Assembly: GCA_012295275.1 (NCBI GenBank) | Contig: CM022667.1 | Location: 14,880,001 to 14,944,000, forward strand | Reading direction: 5' to 3' | Length of the DNA stretch: 64,000 nt | Source of the DNA: Chrysomallon squamiferum | Taxonomy: Eukaryota; Animalia; Mollusca | In this document: positions 59,540-64,000 of the stretch, piece by piece | Numbering within the stretch: position 1 is the stretch's first letter | Layout: every line of letters starts with the position of its first letter | The notes under the pieces: model-generated | The model's input: only the letters and a program-made list of their open reading frames with translations | What the model was told of the DNA's origin: nothing | The model's database searches: none | Position numbers and translations under genes: made by a program

Positions 59540-59960
59540 ACGACGCAAACGATAGCCGCTTCTACTACTACTACTACTACTACTACTATTACTACTGTTA
59601 TTGTTGCTGCTACTACTGCTACTACTACTTCTGCATCTACTAGTACTACTACGACTACTACTGCTTCTACTAGTACTACTACTACTACTACTACTACGAC
59701 TACTAATGCTACTACTACTACTGCTACTACCAGTACCACGTTTACTACTACTACTACCACTACTACTATTACTACTACTACTACTACTACTCCACTACTA
59801 CTATTACTACTCTTACTGTTACTACTACTGCTGCCACTCTGTTGCTGCTATTACATTTACAAGAACAGCGACTGTTACTACTATTACTGCAGCAACTAAA
59901 CTACTATTTGTACTACTACTACTACTGCTACAGTAATGACAACAACAACAACTACTATTA
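59540..59960. repeat. Degenerate (ACT)n trinucleotide field; a similar field lies at 62520-62920
   Basis: Directly visible; produces spurious poly-Thr/Val/Leu ORFs. Confidence 0.9.
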
Positions 59961-60546
59961 CAGCACAAGAAAGTTAGCCGTAATTTGATCGCGATGACCT
60001 CTAACTATAACCTTCAAGGAAACTAATTCCATACCGAGTCACCTTTTCTCAAGTTTAATACGCTAATATTTTACTGCATTGTCCTTATTGTCGAAGTGCA
60101 ATTCATTAGACACATTCATATTTCCAACGATACATTAATACTGCTGGCTTTACTCTGATGCTTTCCCATTACCTTACGCAGCTTGGCGATAGATTCAGGT
60201 AACAAAATACCTCGAAATTATTCACAGGTTCTCGGGGAAAAGAAATTTTTAATGAAGTCACGTGATACGTAGCGCGTCTTTGTAAACAAACCTTAACGAA
60301 TTAGGTTGTCATTGGATGTAGTCGTATTGTCCAGTGTTAATATTAAGCCGTGAAAAAGGAGCACGGCAGTAATTAATATACCGCGAGTGAAAAACAAAGA
60401 TTAATATTCCGTTCTCGCGGCTCTCAGTAACTATGGCTTCAACACAGTATAATTAGTCAGACTGGTTGATAGAAACATAGATAGATAAACATTTACATAC
60501 ATATAAACATACATACATACATACCTGTATATATATAGCTAGATAC

Positions 60547-60597
<51 letters not shown>

Positions 60598-60801
60598 CCT
60601 ATCTATATAAATATAGATAAATATAAATATAGATAGATAGATATACGCAGATAGACATGGCAATTAGACTGACAAATACATACATAGACAGAGAAACAGG
60701 CAGACAAATATGTAGATACGAACACTGCTTCACAATGTATAGAGATTTTAAAGGAAAAGGCTAATTAAATCTACAACAATTACAATTATTACTACTACAG
60801 T

Positions 60802-60843
<42 letters not shown>

Positions 60844-61385
60844 AACTGCTACAGCTACTAATTCAGATACCACAACTACTGCCACTATTATTTCAATTAC
60901 TATTACATTACTTCAACTTCTACCGATTACTATTATTATTATTATTATTATTATTATTAGTAGTAGTAGTAGTAGTAGTAGTAGTGATAGTTGTTGTTGT
61001 TGTTATATTCTCATTTTTGCAATCACCACTATTAATTTATCTAGCTCTCAGTCTGTCTGTCTATCTATCCACCCTTCCATCCATCCATCCATCCATCCAT
61101 CCATCCATCTATCTCTCTTTCTGTCTGTCTTTCTGTCTATTTGTTTATGTAGTTTGACCAGGTCACTGGGAGGACATCCACCCAGTTTTGTAATTAAAGA
61201 AAACAAAAACTAAAACGAAATCGTGTAGAGAAACGCCTACTAGAAGTCTGGCAGTGGTTTACGACGCATATGTCAAACCTAAAATGTTAAGACTGAGACC
61301 GAAAGACAAAATAACATCTCTAGATAATCGTAAATAAACAAAGCGGGGGAAAGAAGGTGCAGGCAACTCTAGCAGTCAGTCGCCA

Positions 61386-61404
61386 TATGCCAGAGGGCGC
61401 CACC
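61386..61404 (+). promoter_or_regulatory. CTCF-like motif
   Basis: gccagagggcgcc matches the CCAGAGGGCGC core of the CTCF consensus; motif match only. Confidence 0.4.
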
Positions 61405-61932
61405 TCATTTATATGAGATCTTTAAAATATAAAAGGAGAAATGTTAAGTAATAAAATGATAATTATAATTATAAAAAATAAATAAAAATGATAATAATAA
61501 AAATAAAACAAAAAAATAAAATAATTATAATAAATAAATAAATAAAATCAACAATAAAATAAAATAAAATAAATGATAAATAAATAAATAAATAAATAAT
61601 GAGGAAAATTACTACAGTGGAGTCAAAATTAATTATCAAGAATCTGGTTATCAATTCTCTATTTTATGGAACCAAAGTCTTGAGATAATTATGAATAGGA
61701 CAGAACAAATTAAACTATTGTTTTGAATCGATGTGTTTTATTTTATGTTGTCTGTAAAGTTAAAGTAATGTTTTGAAAAATATAATACATACTGAAAATA
61801 AAATTTACTAGATTCTAAATAATTATAAATATTATTCAAATATATATATTTAAATATTTTATTTTGTGGCAGTAACAATATTTATCTAATTAACGTATTA
61901 AAACTTAAACAATAACTAAATATAATAATAAC

Positions 61933-61965
<33 letters not shown>

Positions 61966-62221
61966 TATTTATTTTTTTTTTTTTTTTTTTTTTACAATTA
62001 AAATGAGAATCTATAACCCACAGAAAATTAATTATACTTTGACTTATCAGGGTGTATGTATGTCTGTGTGTGTGTGTGTGTGTATGTGTGTGTGTGTAAG
62101 GGTTTTAATATTTACCTAATTATATATTCATTAATATGTTTCTCGTTGTTTGTGCTGACCTTCACTGCTGTTAACAATATTTTTTATAAAATATTTTAAC
62201 ACTCGCTTTTCTCCTTCACAA

Positions 62222-62255
62222 CCGGAAGTGTGACGTCATCGCATACATGGCGGGC
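62222..62255 (+). promoter_or_regulatory. Promoter-like cluster: ETS (CCGGAAGT) + full CRE (TGACGTCA) + YY1-like (CATGGCG)
   Basis: accggaagtgtgacgtcatcgcatacatggcggg in a CpG-containing patch within very AT-rich DNA. Confidence 0.55.
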
Positions 62256-63329
62256 AGACTGCTTTGCTATTGTTATTTCTCATAACACTACAAAGAAATT
62301 TCAGAGATAATCGGTCGTTTGTGGTAAATAGCTGAACAGAAATACATTAGATGGAATACTGAACAGTGAATAAACCAAATGATTATAAACTGATCGATAT
62401 ATCGGTCAGATAATGGGTATTTGGTGAATAGATAATTGTTCTGCAGTCAGATATAGAGCTTTTAAAGAGTTCGTTTATTTAACATACACAGTATTTTTCA
62501 TCATCTCATAATCTACATGCTGCTGCTAATACTATTACTTCTACTACCACTATTACTCTATTACTACTACTACTGCTCTACTATTACTACTACTGTTAAT
62601 ACTAGTACTACTACTAATACAACTATTACCTGTTGTACTATAGTTGTTACTACTACTACTACTATTACAAGTAATACAACTAATACTACAACTATTACTA
62701 CTACTATTACTATTATTACCACTAATACTACAACTATTACTACTACTATTACTATTATTACCACTATTATTACTACTGTAACTATCATTAGTATCATTAC
62801 TACAACTGCTACGACTACGACTCCTTCTATCAACACTGTTGCAAGAGCTAAAACAACAACAACTACTACTACTACTATTACTTCAGCCACGACAACCATC
62901 ATCACTACTACGAATAAACTATTACCACTACGACGACCATCATTCACGGTATCGCCTTCACTATTACAACAATAGAAATCTCATATCCATTACAACTACA
63001 ACAACGACAGCTATAACGTCAGCTATCACGACTGCACAGACTAAGTAGTCGATTAGGCGATTTTGCCACAGTAATCAGGTATACGTAACAAGCTCACATC
63101 GATTTTTCAAAATCGATCGGGTACGGTAATTCAGCTGGGACAAAGGTAAATCGATTGCCATTTCTCATTACGAAAACTTACTGGATTATCAGCAGCTGAG
63201 TTTTACAACTTTAATCAAATGAGTGTCCAATTTTTAAAATGTCAGAGATGAAAAAAAAAAAAAGTAAAAAGAAAAATAAATTAAAAGAAATGAATAAAAG
63301 TACAAAATCAAATTTAAAAAACAGAAGAA

Positions 63330-63426
<97 letters not shown>

Positions 63427-64000
63427 CGCTTTTTAATTAATAATATTAAGAAAAAGTAATGTCAGTTAACAATACGATTAAAAGAAAACTAGTATTTCTG
63501 CCTCTGTCGTCATATACACACGCACAATCACGCGCACACGCACACATAAACATCAACATACATCTATACATACATACATACATACAAAAACATACATTCA
63601 TTCATTCATTCATTCATTGATATATAAAAATTCTCTTACATTTACTTGTGTTAACAAACACAAACCTTTACACATAGAACCAGGTATATTAGACATAACA
63701 GCAGATAAAAGTAACTAAGTATGATTATCACGTTAATAAAAACATAACTGCAAAACATAAAACGACAAAAAGATCAGACAGCATTCTTTACTAACCAGTT
63801 CTGCAAAACGTAAATTCATTTAAAATGTAACTGTATCCGTCATTTCATTGGTATTGGGGATGAAAGACGGGGGGGGGGGGGGTGGGGTCAACCACCTATA
63901 CCCAAAGGTAAAAGCGCGTATGGCCACAGTATATTATGATTACAATTGTATAAATGTAAACAAGCACAAAAAAAAAAAAAAAATAATAATAAAAAAATAA

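Noticed and set aside
59129-63048. Thr-rich mucin-like and poly-Val ORFs
   Set aside because: Degenerate (ACT)n repeats open in several frames, with no signal peptide or splice support.

Overview
AT-rich, microsatellite-dense metazoan genomic DNA; the repeat remnants suggest a mollusc or other lophotrochozoan (inference). Most ORFs in the six-frame track are simple-repeat artefacts. Supported genes are: two tandem intronless COX8-like genes (-); a tRNA-Leu(CAG) (-) head-to-head with a CoA synthase (COASY, +) whose CDS is one exon; a hand-assembled 17-exon SOWAH/sosondowah-type ankyrin gene (+, 23453-42668); and two small minus-strand single-pass membrane protein genes carrying PTAP/NPxY and PPxY motifs. 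The main finding is in the SOWAH gene. The loops preceding both ankyrin TALH motifs appear to be spelled out by microexons: one 12-nt exon (DFTN) and four separate 3-nt single-codon exons (G, Y, H, G). Each has an AG acceptor and a GTAAGTA donor, and together they rebuild the family motifs DFxxGYTALHW and RSHGGYTALH. The same gene has a 39-bp minisatellite that multiplies a splice acceptor in frame, and a probable alternative terminal exon. All exon structures are manual predictions without transcript data.
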